A stretch of DNA of 64,000 nt. It comes from Alphaproteobacteria bacterium. Lineage in GTDB: Bacteria > Pseudomonadota > Alphaproteobacteria > Rickettsiales > SXRF01. Position numbers and translations under genes: made by a program. The stretch lies in NCBI GenBank assembly GCA_025360605.1, contig JANYBV010000038.1, forward strand, positions 12,449 through 76,448. The letters are read 5' to 3'. The notes under the pieces were generated by a model. The model ran no database searches. It was not told the DNA's origin and was given only the letters and a program-made list of their open reading frames with translations. Shown here in pieces: positions 9,086 to 19,647 of the stretch (its first letter is position 1; each line of letters starts with the position of its first letter).

Positions 9086-9112
9086 CTTGAAAAAAATCGA
9101 TATTAACTATTT
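9086..9112 (+). promoter_or_regulatory. Candidate RpoH (sigma-32)-type heat-shock promoter of dnaKJ
   Basis: GCCCCCTTGAAA closely matches the sigma-32 extended -35 (CCCTTGAA). 13 nt downstream, aaCtATtT is a partial match to CCCCATNT / the alphaproteobacterial CYTATNT. It lies about 180 nt upstream of the dnaK ATG. Confidence 0.35.
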
Positions 9113-9290
9113 TTGTCAAAAAAATAGAAAAAAACGCATTCAGGGTGTTGCCATTCAAAAATCCGCGCCTATATCTCTCTCATAAGCATTGCAACCCAAC
9201 ATGCTGCCGCGCCACGCTGACCAGAGTGATACTACCTCAGGCAGGCAGGGCAGGTAAGTGTAAAACACACGATTTAGGAGTGATAACGAT

Positions 9291-11231
9291 ATGAGTAAAG
9301 TAATTGGTATTGACCTTGGAACCACCAACAGCTGCGTAGCAATTATGGAAGGCAGCCAAGTAAAAGTAATTCACAGCCCTGAGGGCCGCAACGTGGTGCC
9401 GTCCGTGGTGGCATTTACCGACAACGAACGCCTCGTTGGTGATGGTGCGAAACGTCAGGCCGTGACCAATCCTGAAAACACCCTGTTTGCGATCAAGCGC
9501 CTTGTTGGCCGTAACTTCAACGATCCGCTGGTCAAGAAAGACATGGGTCTGGTGCCTTACAAAATCGTGAAGGCCGATAACGGCGATGCATGGGTCGACG
9601 TGCGCGGCGAGAAATATTCCCCCAGCCAAGTCAGCGCCTTCATCCTCACCAAGATGAAAGATGTGGCGGAAGCCTATCTGGGTGAAAAAGTATCACAGGC
9701 GGTGGTTACCGTTCCTGCGTATTTCAACGACGCACAGCGTCAGGCAACCAAAGATGCCGGCCGCATCGCCGGTCTTGAAGTGCTGCGTATCATCAACGAA
9801 CCGACAGCAGCAGCACTCGCCTACGGTCTGGATAAAGACAAAAAAACCGGCAGCACTGTTGTTGTATACGATTTGGGCGGTGGTACGTTCGACGTATCGG
9901 TGCTTGAAATTGACGATGGCGTATTCGAAGTAAAGGCCACCAACGGCGATACCTTCCTTGGCGGTGAAGACTTCGACAAACGCGTGATCGACTTCCTCGC
10001 TGACGAGTTCAAAAAAGAACAGGGCATCGACCTGCGCAATGACAAGCTCGCCCTACAGCGCCTTAAGGAAGCCGCTGAAAAAGCAAAAATCGAACTTTCC
10101 AATAGCACGCAGACCGATGTGAACCTGCCGTTCATTACGGCAGATAGCACAGGCCCAAAACATCTGAACATCAAACTCACGCGTGCCAAGCTTGAACAGC
10201 TGGTCGACGACCTGATTTCGAAAACCATCGAACCGTGCCGCAATGCGCTGAAAGACGCAGGCCTTACCCCTAAGGACATTGACGAAGTTATCCTCGTTGG
10301 TGGTATGACCCGCATGCCTAAAGTAAGTGACGCGGTGAAACAATTCTTCGGTAAAGAACCACACAAGGGCGTGAACCCTGACGAAGTGGTGGCTATGGGC
10401 GCTGCCATTCAGGGCGCAGTCCTTAAAGGCGATGTGAAGGACGTATTGCTGCTGGATGTGACCCCGCTGTCACTGGGCATCGAAACCCTCGGCGGCGTAT
10501 TCACCCGCCTAATCGACCGCAACACCACCATCCCGACCAAGAAGTCGCAGACCTTCTCGACCGCGGACGACAACCAGACCGCAGTGACCATCCGTGTAGC
10601 ACAGGGCGAACGCGAAATGGCTTCCGACAATAAGTTGCTCGGCCAGTTCGACCTCACCAACCTGCCTCCTTCCCCACGCGGTATGCCGCAGATCGAAGTG
10701 ACGTTTGACATTGATGCCAACGGTATCGTCAACGTATCGGCAAAAGACAAAGCCACCGGCAAAGAACAGCAGATCCGTATTCAGGCCTCAGGCGGTTTGT
10801 CGGATGCCGATATCGAGCGCATGGTGAAAGAAGCCGAAGTCCATGCCGAAGAAGACAAAAAGCGCCGCCACCTGATCGACCTCAAAAATCAGGCGGATGG
10901 GCTGATCCATACCTGCGACAAGAACCTGAAAGAGCATGGCGAGAAAATCCCTGCGGCTGACAAGGCGTCGATCGAAAAAGACATGCAGGCATTGAAAGAT
11001 GCGGTGGCTTCTGACAATGCAGAAGCGGTCGAGCAGCAATTGCAGGCTCTTACCCAGTCGTCTATGAAGCTCGGTGAAGCGCTCTACAAGGCGGAACAGG
11101 AAAAATCGGCTGCTTCGGCGACCGGCGATGCCAACGGCGGCGCATCCGGTGGAAACTCCGGAAGCACCGGCGGTGACGATATTGTTGATGCGACCTACGA
11201 AGAAGTCGACGACAAGAAAAAACGAAATTAA
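9291..11231 (+). CDS. dnaK: Molecular chaperone DnaK (Hsp70)
   Basis: 646 aa. [12 protein letters not shown] and [10 protein letters not shown] signatures. Confidence 0.98.
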   Translation: MSKVIGIDLGTTNSCVAIMEGSQVKVIHSPEGRNVVPSVVAFTDNERLVGDGAKRQAVTNPENTLFAIKRLVGRNFNDPLVKKDMGLVPYKIVKADNGDAWVDVRGEKYSPSQVSAFILTKMKDVAEAYLGEKVSQAVVTVPAYFNDAQRQATKDAGRIAGLEVLRIINEPTAAALAYGLDKDKKTGSTVVVYDLGGGTFDVSVLEIDDGVFEVKATNGDTFLGGEDFDKRVIDFLADEFKKEQGIDLRNDKLALQRLKEAAEKAKIELSNSTQTDVNLPFITADSTGPKHLNIKLTRAKLEQLVDDLISKTIEPCRNALKDAGLTPKDIDEVILVGGMTRMPKVSDAVKQFFGKEPHKGVNPDEVVAMGAAIQGAVLKGDVKDVLLLDVTPLSLGIETLGGVFTRLIDRNTTIPTKKSQTFSTADDNQTAVTIRVAQGEREMASDNKLLGQFDLTNLPPSPRGMPQIEVTFDIDANGIVNVSAKDKATGKEQQIRIQASGGLSDADIERMVKEAEVHAEEDKKRRHLIDLKNQADGLIHTCDKNLKEHGEKIPAADKASIEKDMQALKDAVASDNAEAVEQQLQALTQSSMKLGEALYKAEQEKSAASATGDANGGASGGNSGSTGGDDIVDATYEEVDDKKKRN

Positions 11232-11247
11232 GTTTGCCCTAAACCTG

Positions 11248-11284
11248 ACAAAGCAGTAGCCATTACCTGTGGCTGCTGCTTTGT
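11248..11284 (+). promoter_or_regulatory. dnaK-dnaJ intergenic stem-loop
   Basis: ACAAAGCAGTAGCCA (11248-11262) pairs with TGGCTGCTGCTTTGT (11270-11284). 15 bp with one mismatch and a 7-nt loop. No clear U-tract. Confidence 0.5.
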
Positions 11285-11296
11285 ATTGAGAACTGT

Positions 11297-12454
11297 ATGA
11301 CCAATAAAAAAGACTATTATGAAACACTCGGTGTTTCCAAATCGGCCAGCGCCGATGACCTGAAAAAGGCCTACCGCAAGCTGGCGATGCAATACCATCC
11401 CGACAAAAATCCGGGTGACAAAAAAGCCGAGGAGCGGTTCAAGGAAATCAGCAACGCCTACGATATCCTGCAGGACGACCAGAAACGCGCTGCCTATGAC
11501 CGCTATGGCCACGCAGCCTTCACACAAGGCGGAATGGGTGGTGCAGCGGGCGCCGGAGCGAGTGCAGGCGGATTCGATTTCTCCTCGGGCTTTGCCGATA
11601 TTTTTGAGGATTTATTCGGCATGGGCGGACAGGGCCGCAAGCAACAACAAGGCAGTGCTAATCAGGCCGCACGCGGTTCTGACCTGCGCTACAACCTCGC
11701 CATCTCACTGGAAGAAGCCTTCAAAGGCAAATCCGAAACCATCAAGGTTACCACATCAGTGGCGTGCGATTCATGCCACGGCAGCGGCGGCGAAAAAGGC
11801 ACCAAGCCCGTCACCTGCGGTACCTGCAACGGCGATGGCCGCGTGCGCGCATCACAAGGCTTCTTCACCATCGAACGCACCTGCCACACCTGTCAGGGCC
11901 TCGGCAAAGTCATCAAGGATCCCTGCCGCATATGCGCCGGTTCCGGACGCACCCGCAAAGAAAAAACCCTCTCGGTCAATATTCCCGCCGGCGTGGAAGA
12001 AGGCACACGCATCCGCCTGTCGGACGAAGGCGAAGTAGGCATGCGCGGTGGACCGGCAGGGGATTTATATATTTTCCTCTCCCTCAAACCGCATGAGATT
12101 TTCAAACGCGAAGGCGCGGACATCCACTGCACTATCCCGATCAAGATGAGTACGGCCACCCTCGGCGGTTCCATCGAAGTGCCCACTATCGATGGAAGCC
12201 GTGTAAAAGTTTCCATCCCTGAAGGCACACAAAGCGGCCACCAGTTCCGCATGCGCGGCAAGGGCATGACGATATTGCGCTCGTCCAGCCGCGGCGATAT
12301 GTACCTCCAGACCAACGTCGAAACCCCCGTCAAGCTCAACAAAAAGCAACGCGAACTGATGAAGGATTTCGAAAAGGCCGATGGCGGCTCCAGCCCTGAA
12401 TCGGACAGTTTTTTTGCCCGCATGAAGGTGTTCTGGGAAGATTTGAAGGAATAA
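11297..12454 (+). CDS. dnaJ: Co-chaperone DnaJ
   Basis: 385 aa. J-domain with HPD (YHPDKNPG), G/F-rich region, four CxxCxGxG zinc-finger repeats. Confidence 0.97.
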   Translation: MTNKKDYYETLGVSKSASADDLKKAYRKLAMQYHPDKNPGDKKAEERFKEISNAYDILQDDQKRAAYDRYGHAAFTQGGMGGAAGAGASAGGFDFSSGFADIFEDLFGMGGQGRKQQQGSANQAARGSDLRYNLAISLEEAFKGKSETIKVTTSVACDSCHGSGGEKGTKPVTCGTCNGDGRVRASQGFFTIERTCHTCQGLGKVIKDPCRICAGSGRTRKEKTLSVNIPAGVEEGTRIRLSDEGEVGMRGGPAGDLYIFLSLKPHEIFKREGADIHCTIPIKMSTATLGGSIEVPTIDGSRVKVSIPEGTQSGHQFRMRGKGMTILRSSSRGDMYLQTNVETPVKLNKKQRELMKDFEKADGGSSPESDSFFARMKVFWEDLKE

Positions 12455-12535
12455 TCCGGTTTTATTAAGTTCTCGCCTCCTTGCCCGTATTCCTTTATAA
12501 TGCCCCGATTAAATCTTTCATAAACAAAGATGTAA

Positions 12536-12913
12536 ATGACGCGGCTGGTAAGAGGGGCGTGGGATTTTGTCAGTGGCAAAGGACGGTTACCCGACCTGAG
12601 CAAGCCTTTTGGCGGCCTTCGTGATGTCAGATGCCACAAAAAAGGCCGCTTCTTTGACACTGGTGGGCCCAGCGGCGGATATACCGGCACATGCCGCTCT
12701 TCTGCCGATGGCAGCGAAGGTGGCGATGGTATCACCGTTGACGAGGTGGTACATACAGCTCCTGTGCATAATGATATTCCTTCAGGGGTTGTTGTTTATA
12801 CCTTTAAAAACAAAGAATACTGGTTTAATTCTATCTCGGGTGCATACCTGCCCGATAAAAAGTTAATTGACGACAATGCCACCCCCACGCAACCCCAAGG
12901 ACGATCTCTTTAG
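12536..12913 (+). CDS. Hypothetical protein (coding status uncertain)
   Basis: 125-aa ORF. Only the C-terminal half (ITVDEVVHTAPVHNDIPSGVVVYTFKNKEYWFNS...) looks protein-like. A second frame (12609-12866) looks equally plausible over the first half. Confidence 0.3.
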   Translation: MTRLVRGAWDFVSGKGRLPDLSKPFGGLRDVRCHKKGRFFDTGGPSGGYTGTCRSSADGSEGGDGITVDEVVHTAPVHNDIPSGVVVYTFKNKEYWFNSISGAYLPDKKLIDDNATPTQPQGRSL

Positions 12914-12934
12914 TTTTATAATCAGGATATACGC

Positions 12935-13738
12935 ATGTTAAAAATCGCAATAGCCGGCTGCGCCGGACGCATGGGCCTCACACTCGTAAAAGCCGTACTG
13001 CAATCCCCGAATGCCCAGTTGGTCGCAGGCAGCGAACGCCCCGAATTTGACGAACAGGCTGCGCTGGCGCAACTGGAAACCGTGGGCTGTAAACAGCTTT
13101 TTATTACCTCACATCCTGACGTTCTGGTTGAGGAAGCCGATGTGGTACTCGATTTCACCTCGCCGGAATCAACACTGGCGATTGCCAAGGCTGCTGCCAA
13201 ATTCAAACGCGTCCATATCGTCGGCACCACCGGATTTTCCGACGTGGAAAAACGCGAACTCGCGCTGTATGCTCAGGAAGCACGCATCGTACAGTCCGGC
13301 AATTTTTCCATCGGCGTGAACCTGATGGAAACCCTTGTCGAACAAACTGCCCGTCTGCTGGATGATTCCTACGATATCGAAATCTTCGAAATGCACCACA
13401 AGCACAAAAAAGACGCCCCTTCCGGTACCGCGCTCATGTTCGGTGAAGCTGTGGCTAGAGGTCGTAACGTCCGCCTTGGCGACAAAAAGGTCGTAAGCCG
13501 TGACGGCATCACCGGCGAACGCAACCAAGGCGATATCGGCTTCACCGCCGCGCGCGGCGGTGATGTGGTGGGTATCCATGAAGTGATGTTTGCCGGCCCC
13601 GGGGAAATGATCGAAATCAAACATCAGGGTTATAACCGCGATATCTACGCCAACGGTGCCTTACGTGCCGCCTTCTGGGCACAGAGCCAAAAGGCGGGGC
13701 TGTATTCCATGAAAGACGTGCTGGGGCTCACCGGTTAA
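12935..13738 (+). CDS. dapB: 4-hydroxy-tetrahydrodipicolinate reductase
   Basis: 267 aa. MLKIAIAGCAGRMG NAD(P)-binding N-terminus and the EMHHKHKKDAPSGTA signature. Confidence 0.95.
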   Translation: MLKIAIAGCAGRMGLTLVKAVLQSPNAQLVAGSERPEFDEQAALAQLETVGCKQLFITSHPDVLVEEADVVLDFTSPESTLAIAKAAAKFKRVHIVGTTGFSDVEKRELALYAQEARIVQSGNFSIGVNLMETLVEQTARLLDDSYDIEIFEMHHKHKKDAPSGTALMFGEAVARGRNVRLGDKKVVSRDGITGERNQGDIGFTAARGGDVVGIHEVMFAGPGEMIEIKHQGYNRDIYANGALRAAFWAQSQKAGLYSMKDVLGLTG

Positions 13739-13851
13739 GCTTTGCAGGCGTTTAGCATTTAAAAAATAAATTTTATATATACCAATTAGTTAGACTGTTT
13801 TTACCGTCTATTTCGCCTGCTAATATTCATAAAACCTTAACAATAACTCAA

Positions 13852-13880
13852 GTTGATAGTGTTATACTTCGTGGGTATTT
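13852..13880 (+). promoter_or_regulatory. Candidate sigma-70 promoter for the 980-aa gene
   Basis: TTGATA-N17-TATTTA in an AT-rich spacer about 25 nt upstream of the start codon. Confidence 0.3.
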
Positions 13881-13905
13881 ACAAGTTTTTGTATGAAAGT
13901 ACGGT

Positions 13906-16848
13906 ATGGCTACGCTACTGGAATTACTGGAATCTTCCTTCAATGGAATTGATGCTTATGTGGCGAAAAATCCTCAAGCACACAACTACGCCAATGTTGA
14001 AGCTGCCAAGCAAGAGATGCAGCAAGAACTCAAGCGCTTGGCTCAGTACGAAGCGAATGTACTCGCTAAATTGAGCCCTGAAGCGGTTGCACAGGCATCT
14101 CAGCAGCATCTGGACTACATACACCGTGGGGTTGATGCGGGCTTTATGAAGGTAGAGCAGGCAAGAAACCTTAAATCTCCTCCTCAGCCTACGCTGAACC
14201 TTTCCATAAAGCCACTCACGGAAGTGAGCACTTTAAATGAAGTCATTCCGGGTGTGGACAAAGCTCTGAGCACAAGGCGAGGCACTACCACGATTGACCT
14301 GAGCAAGTTGGGTGATGCTGAAAAGCAGGCATTTGTCGAATATGCCAGCCACCATCCCCAGCTCAAACCACTCAATATTACGCCAGCAAGCACTCAGGTA
14401 GTTATGCGCAATGTTAGCGTGGACACGATTAAAGCCTTGCCCAGCAGCATGATGATGGATGTTGGTGGCAAGCTGTCCATCAAAAAGCCTTTCATCCCGC
14501 CTATTGTACAAATTACGGAATTCAACGCTTCACCTGTGCTTGAAGGTCTCACGCAGGAGCTTAAAGCTGCTGGCGCGATGAGTCCTGAATTGCTTGACAA
14601 GGCCCAGCTTCAGGCGAAAGGGGTTATTGCCCAGCGGTTGGCCGATGGCAAAACCATCACCCAAACCACTACAGAACTGCAAACTCTGATTAAAGAACAG
14701 GCCGAATTAATCGGTCATGCGCAAAACGGCGTTTTACCCGGTATTACTGATACTGCCACGCATATGGCAGGGCGGTTAGAAGGTTCGGGCCAAACACTCG
14801 CGCAGCGTTTAGCAGAACCTACGACTGCCCGCCGCCTTTCACTGCATACCGAACTTGAAAAACTTAAACCGACCATTACAGGCTTCGACCGCAAGAAAGC
14901 GGCAATCATCCAGCTTCTTGAGAAACCTATTGAAACGGGCACCCTCTCACCTGAAAAAATGGAAGAGGTGGTACAGCATCTCGTGAAACACGATGCCGCA
15001 CATCTGGATACCATGGTCACCCATGCCGATGCCGCCACTCAGGCACTCCAGAAGAAAGCCACTGTCCGGAAACTCTTCGAATCAGCTGGTGGAAACGCAG
15101 CAGAAGTTCCACTTGGAATGGCCATGGACCAGACTGAGAAAGTTCAGGCGATGATAAAGGCAGGAGATCAGGAAGGCCTTGCTATCGCACGGGCGGCTGC
15201 CGGCCATGAACAACTGGAATCCGTATTAAAATCGCCTGCTAAAGCACCCGTTGGCGCTCCACCCGTGCCGGCAACGCTAACAGAACCGCCTAAACGCAAA
15301 GGGCTCAGCCGGATTTTTGGCAAGGAGACCCTCGATGAAAAGCTATTCAAAACCGGAACAGCCCTTGAACAGGCCAACGCCGAAAAGGCGGCTGCAGAAA
15401 TAGCCTTTGAAGAACACAAAAGTGCGGCACAGAAACTGGCACAGGAGATTCAACAAAAACGCCAGAAAATTGCCCTTGCACAGGAAAATTTAGAAGAGCT
15501 CACCAAAAATGGTGCAGCTCCTGAATTGCTTAAAACTGCCCAGATTGAATCGGTGGAAGCACAAAAAGAGCTGATAGCTGCTAAGCAGCAATTGAACGGC
15601 ATTGCTAAAAAAGCCGCTGAAAGCAAACAGGCACTCAATACTTTTTCCAAAAATGCCGAAAAAGCACAATATGCTTTCGATGTTGCAACGGGTAAAACAA
15701 ATCTCACGAAAGTTGAAGAATTTGGACGCGAAACCCGCGATCGTCTGGCTGACAAAGACAGGGCACTTGATAAGCACGCACGCGACCTTAAAGATTCGGA
15801 AAGCAAGCTAGCACAGGCAGAGAAAAAATTAGACGCAGTGAAGACGGGTGCCGATTCCCCGCTGACCAAGGCCACAAGTGAGCTCGAAGCCGCAAAAATA
15901 GCAGAACAGGAAGCTACGCAGGCCATTGAAAGGCTTAACCTCGAGAAAGCGGCCGCGGCTGAAAGAGCGACAACTGCGACAAGCTCTACCGCAGAAAGAA
16001 TTGCAGCAACAACAGAAGTGGCACAAAAACAAAGCGCCATTAATGAAGCATTGTCCAAACAACGCGCAGCTCAGGGACAGGTAACCAAGGCCACGTCTGC
16101 TATTGAAACTGCCGGAAAACCGTTAGTTGCTGCCACTGCCGCCCACGATGCCGCTCATCATGCAACCGTTAACGGTAAATATACCAATTCCCTCACCTCT
16201 GAAAACAGCATTATTAAAGAAGCGGCACGAGAAGCGAAAAAAAGTGCCGCTGCAATAGATCGCAGTATGGCTGTAGCCTATCAGGGCATGAATGGTGGTA
16301 TGGTAACCCATACCAGCGACCAGATCGCTGCTATGGCCTCCAGAACGACAGGAACCGTGGCTGTTGTTACCAATGCTGCCGAACATTCCGGTGGCATTGG
16401 CAGTAAGATTCTTGGTGGCCTCAAAATGGGGAGCAATATTGTCGCAGCCCCGTTTAAGGCAGGGTATAGCTACGTAGCCAAGCCTGCATTTGAACATGCG
16501 GTCAAACCACTCGCAGTGGGCACCTTTGAGAATGCCGGAAAACTGGCCAAAGGCACCAAAGGCATGGCAGGGAACGTTATGCTGGCGGGTGTTGCCGGTG
16601 TGGGTTTATTAGGTCTTGCCGCAACGCTTAGCGCTCCTAAACCTATCGCCCCGAGAATTACCCGCTTTGATGACGAGCCAAGCAACCCGCTGGCGTTTGC
16701 CGGTGGCGATACCAGTGTGGATCTGGGTGGTGTGGCGATGCCGGCTCTCGGCCAGCAGCAAGGTCAGGGTAACTGGATGTCCAAGGTGCCTTCCATGGAA
16801 GACCAACTGGCGATGAACGGTGTCAATTTAGGGCCACCGAGCCGCTAA
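13906..16848 (+). CDS. Large Ala/Gln/Lys/Glu-rich coiled-coil protein with a single C-terminal TM segment
   Basis: 980 aa. No N-terminal signal peptide. Long heptad-like helical stretches. One hydrophobic segment NVMLAGVAGVGLLGLAATLSAP (about aa 890-911), followed by a 69-aa tail rich in Gly, Pro and Gln. Confidence 0.8.
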   Translation: MATLLELLESSFNGIDAYVAKNPQAHNYANVEAAKQEMQQELKRLAQYEANVLAKLSPEAVAQASQQHLDYIHRGVDAGFMKVEQARNLKSPPQPTLNLSIKPLTEVSTLNEVIPGVDKALSTRRGTTTIDLSKLGDAEKQAFVEYASHHPQLKPLNITPASTQVVMRNVSVDTIKALPSSMMMDVGGKLSIKKPFIPPIVQITEFNASPVLEGLTQELKAAGAMSPELLDKAQLQAKGVIAQRLADGKTITQTTTELQTLIKEQAELIGHAQNGVLPGITDTATHMAGRLEGSGQTLAQRLAEPTTARRLSLHTELEKLKPTITGFDRKKAAIIQLLEKPIETGTLSPEKMEEVVQHLVKHDAAHLDTMVTHADAATQALQKKATVRKLFESAGGNAAEVPLGMAMDQTEKVQAMIKAGDQEGLAIARAAAGHEQLESVLKSPAKAPVGAPPVPATLTEPPKRKGLSRIFGKETLDEKLFKTGTALEQANAEKAAAEIAFEEHKSAAQKLAQEIQQKRQKIALAQENLEELTKNGAAPELLKTAQIESVEAQKELIAAKQQLNGIAKKAAESKQALNTFSKNAEKAQYAFDVATGKTNLTKVEEFGRETRDRLADKDRALDKHARDLKDSESKLAQAEKKLDAVKTGADSPLTKATSELEAAKIAEQEATQAIERLNLEKAAAAERATTATSSTAERIAATTEVAQKQSAINEALSKQRAAQGQVTKATSAIETAGKPLVAATAAHDAAHHATVNGKYTNSLTSENSIIKEAAREAKKSAAAIDRSMAVAYQGMNGGMVTHTSDQIAAMASRTTGTVAVVTNAAEHSGGIGSKILGGLKMGSNIVAAPFKAGYSYVAKPAFEHAVKPLAVGTFENAGKLAKGTKGMAGNVMLAGVAGVGLLGLAATLSAPKPIAPRITRFDDEPSNPLAFAGGDTSVDLGGVAMPALGQQQGQGNWMSKVPSMEDQLAMNGVNLGPPSR

Positions 16849-16865
16849 TCACTATTTTGTCTCTG

Positions 16866-18626
16866 CTAATTCTTGACGACGAGTTCCGGTTTGCCCGACA
16901 TCAGCCGCTGATGTGGGAAGATCACGCGCACGGTCGTGCCCTCGCCCACCTTGCTGGTGAGCAGCAGTTTACCTTCATGCAGCTCGGCATACATCTTACA
17001 TAACGGCAGGCCGAGGCCGGTGCCTTCGTGGCTCTTGCTGCGGTGAACCTGACCGAATACGGATAACGCCTTGGAGATATCGCCCTCGGCAATACCGATG
17101 CCGGTGTCCGCCACGATCAGCGCCATATTCCCATGCGGATCTAGGCGTACGGCGGTCGTGATGGTGCCGTTTTCCGGCGTAAATTTAACTGAGTTGGACA
17201 GCAAATTGATCAGCACCTGACGGATCTTGCGCTTGTCGCCCCATAAAAATGGCAAGTTCGGCTCAATCGCCATCACCACATGGATGCCTTTAGTTTTCAT
17301 CTTGCCGTTCATGATGCGTACGCTTTCATTCACGATTTCGGCAATGTCCACCTTCTCTTCGATCAGTTCGAGCTTGCCGGCATCCCCTTTCGAGAATTCC
17401 AGAATGTCGCTGATAAGCTGCAACAAATGGCTGCCGCACAGGTTGATGTCGTGGATACGCTCTTTCTGCTTGGCGTTAAGCGGACCGAAATAGCCTGAAT
17501 TGATCATCTCCGAAAAGCCGATAATGGCGTTGAGCGGCGTGCGCAGCTCATGGCTCATGTTGGCGAGGAATTCCGATTTTGCCTGCGAGGCCAGAATGGC
17601 CGCCGCTTCTGATTCTTCCACACGGATAATCTGCTTCGCCATGGTCACGGCGAAGAACGACAGCACCGAACCGAAGATGGTGAAGAGCGCTAAAAACCCG
17701 ATATCCTTCATGCGCGACTGGCGCCATGAATAAAGGAAATCTTCTTCGTCCAATACCACCGACACGGCAATTGGCATGTTCTTCAGGCGTTTTGCCGATA
17801 CGATTTTAATGCTGTCACCCGATACAGTTTCGTTCTTCACCTGATCCGAATTTTTCGGCTGGCTAGCCAGCCATTTTTTCGATAAAGCTTCATTGGCCGC
17901 GCTTTCAAACGGGCCCGACACCAGCACACTGCCGTCCGGCAGCATCATCGACATAAAGCGCTGATTGCCCGAGGCAATCGAACTGTAGAAATCGGTGAAG
18001 AAGTCAGGGTTGATAGCCGCTACCACCACACCGCCAAAATCGCCGTTGAGCTTGTTGTAACGACGGCTCATAATAATCAGCGAATTGTTGTCTTCGGTAT
18101 AGTGCTTGCCAATGAACACATAGGTGTCATCAGCTTCGCGCATGTGTTCGAACAGCTTCTGCCCCACCAGTGTTTTATGGTAATCTAGCCAGTGGTCATA
18201 ATTCTTTTTGTGTGCCGCCACCGCCACCGCACCACTTTCGTCAATCAGCGCCAGCGCCACGATCTGCGGGGTTTCGTTCAGCCAGATTTTAAAATTTTGC
18301 TCGGTATATTCCGGCAGATTATTACCAAATAACGAATTGAAATATTGCCGCTCGATCGCGCGGCGAAGGCTTAAATCAACGCCCAGAAACGTCAGTTCAG
18401 CATTTTCTGCGAGGATGTGCGTCAAACGGAGGGATTTTTCTTCGCCTTCAGCCAGCGCCTGACGGTAGGCATGCGCGCCCTGATACGCCACGATGCCGCA
18501 AAAAATCACCATGATGAGCCCAGAGAACCCAATCAGGTTTCTGACTCTCGGTGAACTTGGTCGACTTTGCACAGGCTTGATCATACAGCGTTTTGTACTA
18601 TCTATAAGGGCGTCGTTCCATCCCAT
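16866..18626 (-). CDS. Sensor histidine kinase with Cache-like extracytoplasmic domain
   Basis: 586 aa. Two TM segments flank a periplasmic region of about 240 aa. H-box SHELRTPLNAIIGFSE, N-box LLSNSVKFT, DTGIGI, GTGLGL. Confidence 0.9.
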   Translation of the reverse strand: MGWNDALIDSTKRCMIKPVQSRPSSPRVRNLIGFSGLIMVIFCGIVAYQGAHAYRQALAEGEEKSLRLTHILAENAELTFLGVDLSLRRAIERQYFNSLFGNNLPEYTEQNFKIWLNETPQIVALALIDESGAVAVAAHKKNYDHWLDYHKTLVGQKLFEHMREADDTYVFIGKHYTEDNNSLIIMSRRYNKLNGDFGGVVVAAINPDFFTDFYSSIASGNQRFMSMMLPDGSVLVSGPFESAANEALSKKWLASQPKNSDQVKNETVSGDSIKIVSAKRLKNMPIAVSVVLDEEDFLYSWRQSRMKDIGFLALFTIFGSVLSFFAVTMAKQIIRVEESEAAAILASQAKSEFLANMSHELRTPLNAIIGFSEMINSGYFGPLNAKQKERIHDINLCGSHLLQLISDILEFSKGDAGKLELIEEKVDIAEIVNESVRIMNGKMKTKGIHVVMAIEPNLPFLWGDKRKIRQVLINLLSNSVKFTPENGTITTAVRLDPHGNMALIVADTGIGIAEGDISKALSVFGQVHRSKSHEGTGLGLPLCKMYAELHEGKLLLTSKVGEGTTVRVIFPHQRLMSGKPELVVKN

Positions 18627-18884
18627 GACGGAACTTTAACCATTTACTATAATTCACTATTTGGGTTAATATAGGGTGAGAATATTAACAATATTTAGTT
18701 AATAAGCGCACACCCTGCGGTCAAATGCTATTTTTTGTTGGCTGGTCCCAGCGTTTTTCGCGCATTTTGGCCGCAGATGCAACGCAAATCACAATGACTT
18801 CCCCCATTAACTGGCTATTAACTGACTGATTATTATTGTTTTTAACGCTTTGTAAATTTATGCCAAACTTCGCAAGACTAGTTA

Positions 18885-18913
18885 TTGACAATAGCGGGCC
18901 AATCCACTAGATT
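18885..18913 (+). promoter_or_regulatory. Candidate sigma-70 promoter of rplU-rpmA
   Basis: TTGACA-N17-TAGATT about 80 nt upstream of rplU. Confidence 0.35.
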
Positions 18914-18992
18914 TCACATCCTTTTTCTGAATGTTCAATTTTTACCATTTGTTTTCAGAAACTTAATTCATTTGATCGCATAGGATTCAGTC

Positions 18993-19292
18993 ATGTTTGC
19001 AGTCATCCGCACTGGCGGAAAACAGTATAAAGTAACCAGCGGCGATGTTATCGCCGTGGAAAAACTCGAAGGCGCGCAAGGCGACAAGGTGGAAATCAGC
19101 GATGTGCTGATGGTGGACCAGACCATTGGTTCTTCCCTTGTAAAAGGTGCGAAAGTGCTGGCAGAAATCGTGAAGCAGTTCCGCGATGATAAAGTTATCA
19201 TCTTCAAAAAACGCCGCCGTCACAACTATCGCCGTAAGAAGGGCCATCGCCAGTATCTTACCGAAATCAAAATCACTGAAATCAAAGCGTAA
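18993..19292 (+). CDS. rplU: 50S ribosomal protein L21
   Basis: [14 protein letters not shown]... Confidence 0.95.
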   Translation: MFAVIRTGGKQYKVTSGDVIAVEKLEGAQGDKVEISDVLMVDQTIGSSLVKGAKVLAEIVKQFRDDKVIIFKKRRRHNYRRKKGHRQYLTEIKITEIKA

Positions 19293-19317
19293 ATTATAAG
19301 TTTTTAGGGAGTGCATC

Positions 19318-19572
19318 ATGGCACATAAAAAAGCAGGCGGTAGTTCCCGCAACGGTCGTAACTCTGCAGGTCGCAGACTCGGTGTAAAGATCTTCGGTGG
19401 TCAGGAAGTGATCTCCGGCAACATCATCGTGCGTCAGCGCGGTACGAAATTCCACCCAGGCAATGGCGTGGATATCGGCCTTGACCACACCATCTTCGCT
19501 GTAGAAGCCGGTCGCGTTGAGTTCCAGCGCAAAGCCAATGGCAAGACCTACATCTCGGTCGTGAATCAATAA
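19318..19572 (+). CDS. rpmA: 50S ribosomal protein L27
   Basis: [24 protein letters not shown]... Confidence 0.95.
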   Translation: MAHKKAGGSSRNGRNSAGRRLGVKIFGGQEVISGNIIVRQRGTKFHPGNGVDIGLDHTIFAVEAGRVEFQRKANGKTYISVVNQ

Positions 19573-19592
19573 GCGAACGATAGAACGAATGC

Positions 19593-19624
19593 AAAAGGGC
19601 GACTGGGAAACCAGCCGCCCTTTT
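19593..19624. terminator. Bidirectional rho-independent terminator (rpmA / convergent adaptor gene)
   Basis: AAAA-GGGCGACTGG-GAAA-CCAGCCGCCC-TTTT. 10-bp stem with one mismatch, A-tract and T-tract on either side. Confidence 0.6.
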
Positions 19625-19647
19625 CGTTTGTAGCAGCACTACTGATT

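Noticed and set aside
11893-12735. 280-aa minus-strand ORF
   Set aside because: It is antisense to dnaJ, whose identity is unambiguous, and is Pro/Ser/Arg-rich low-complexity sequence. This is typical of shadow ORFs opposite GC-rich genes.
14715-16058. Minus-strand ORFs (107 aa, 83 aa, 202 aa) inside the 980-aa gene
   Set aside because: Ala/Ser/Cys-rich mirror frames of an Ala/Glu/Lys-rich coiled-coil gene. The plus-strand frame is uninterrupted for 2.9 kb.
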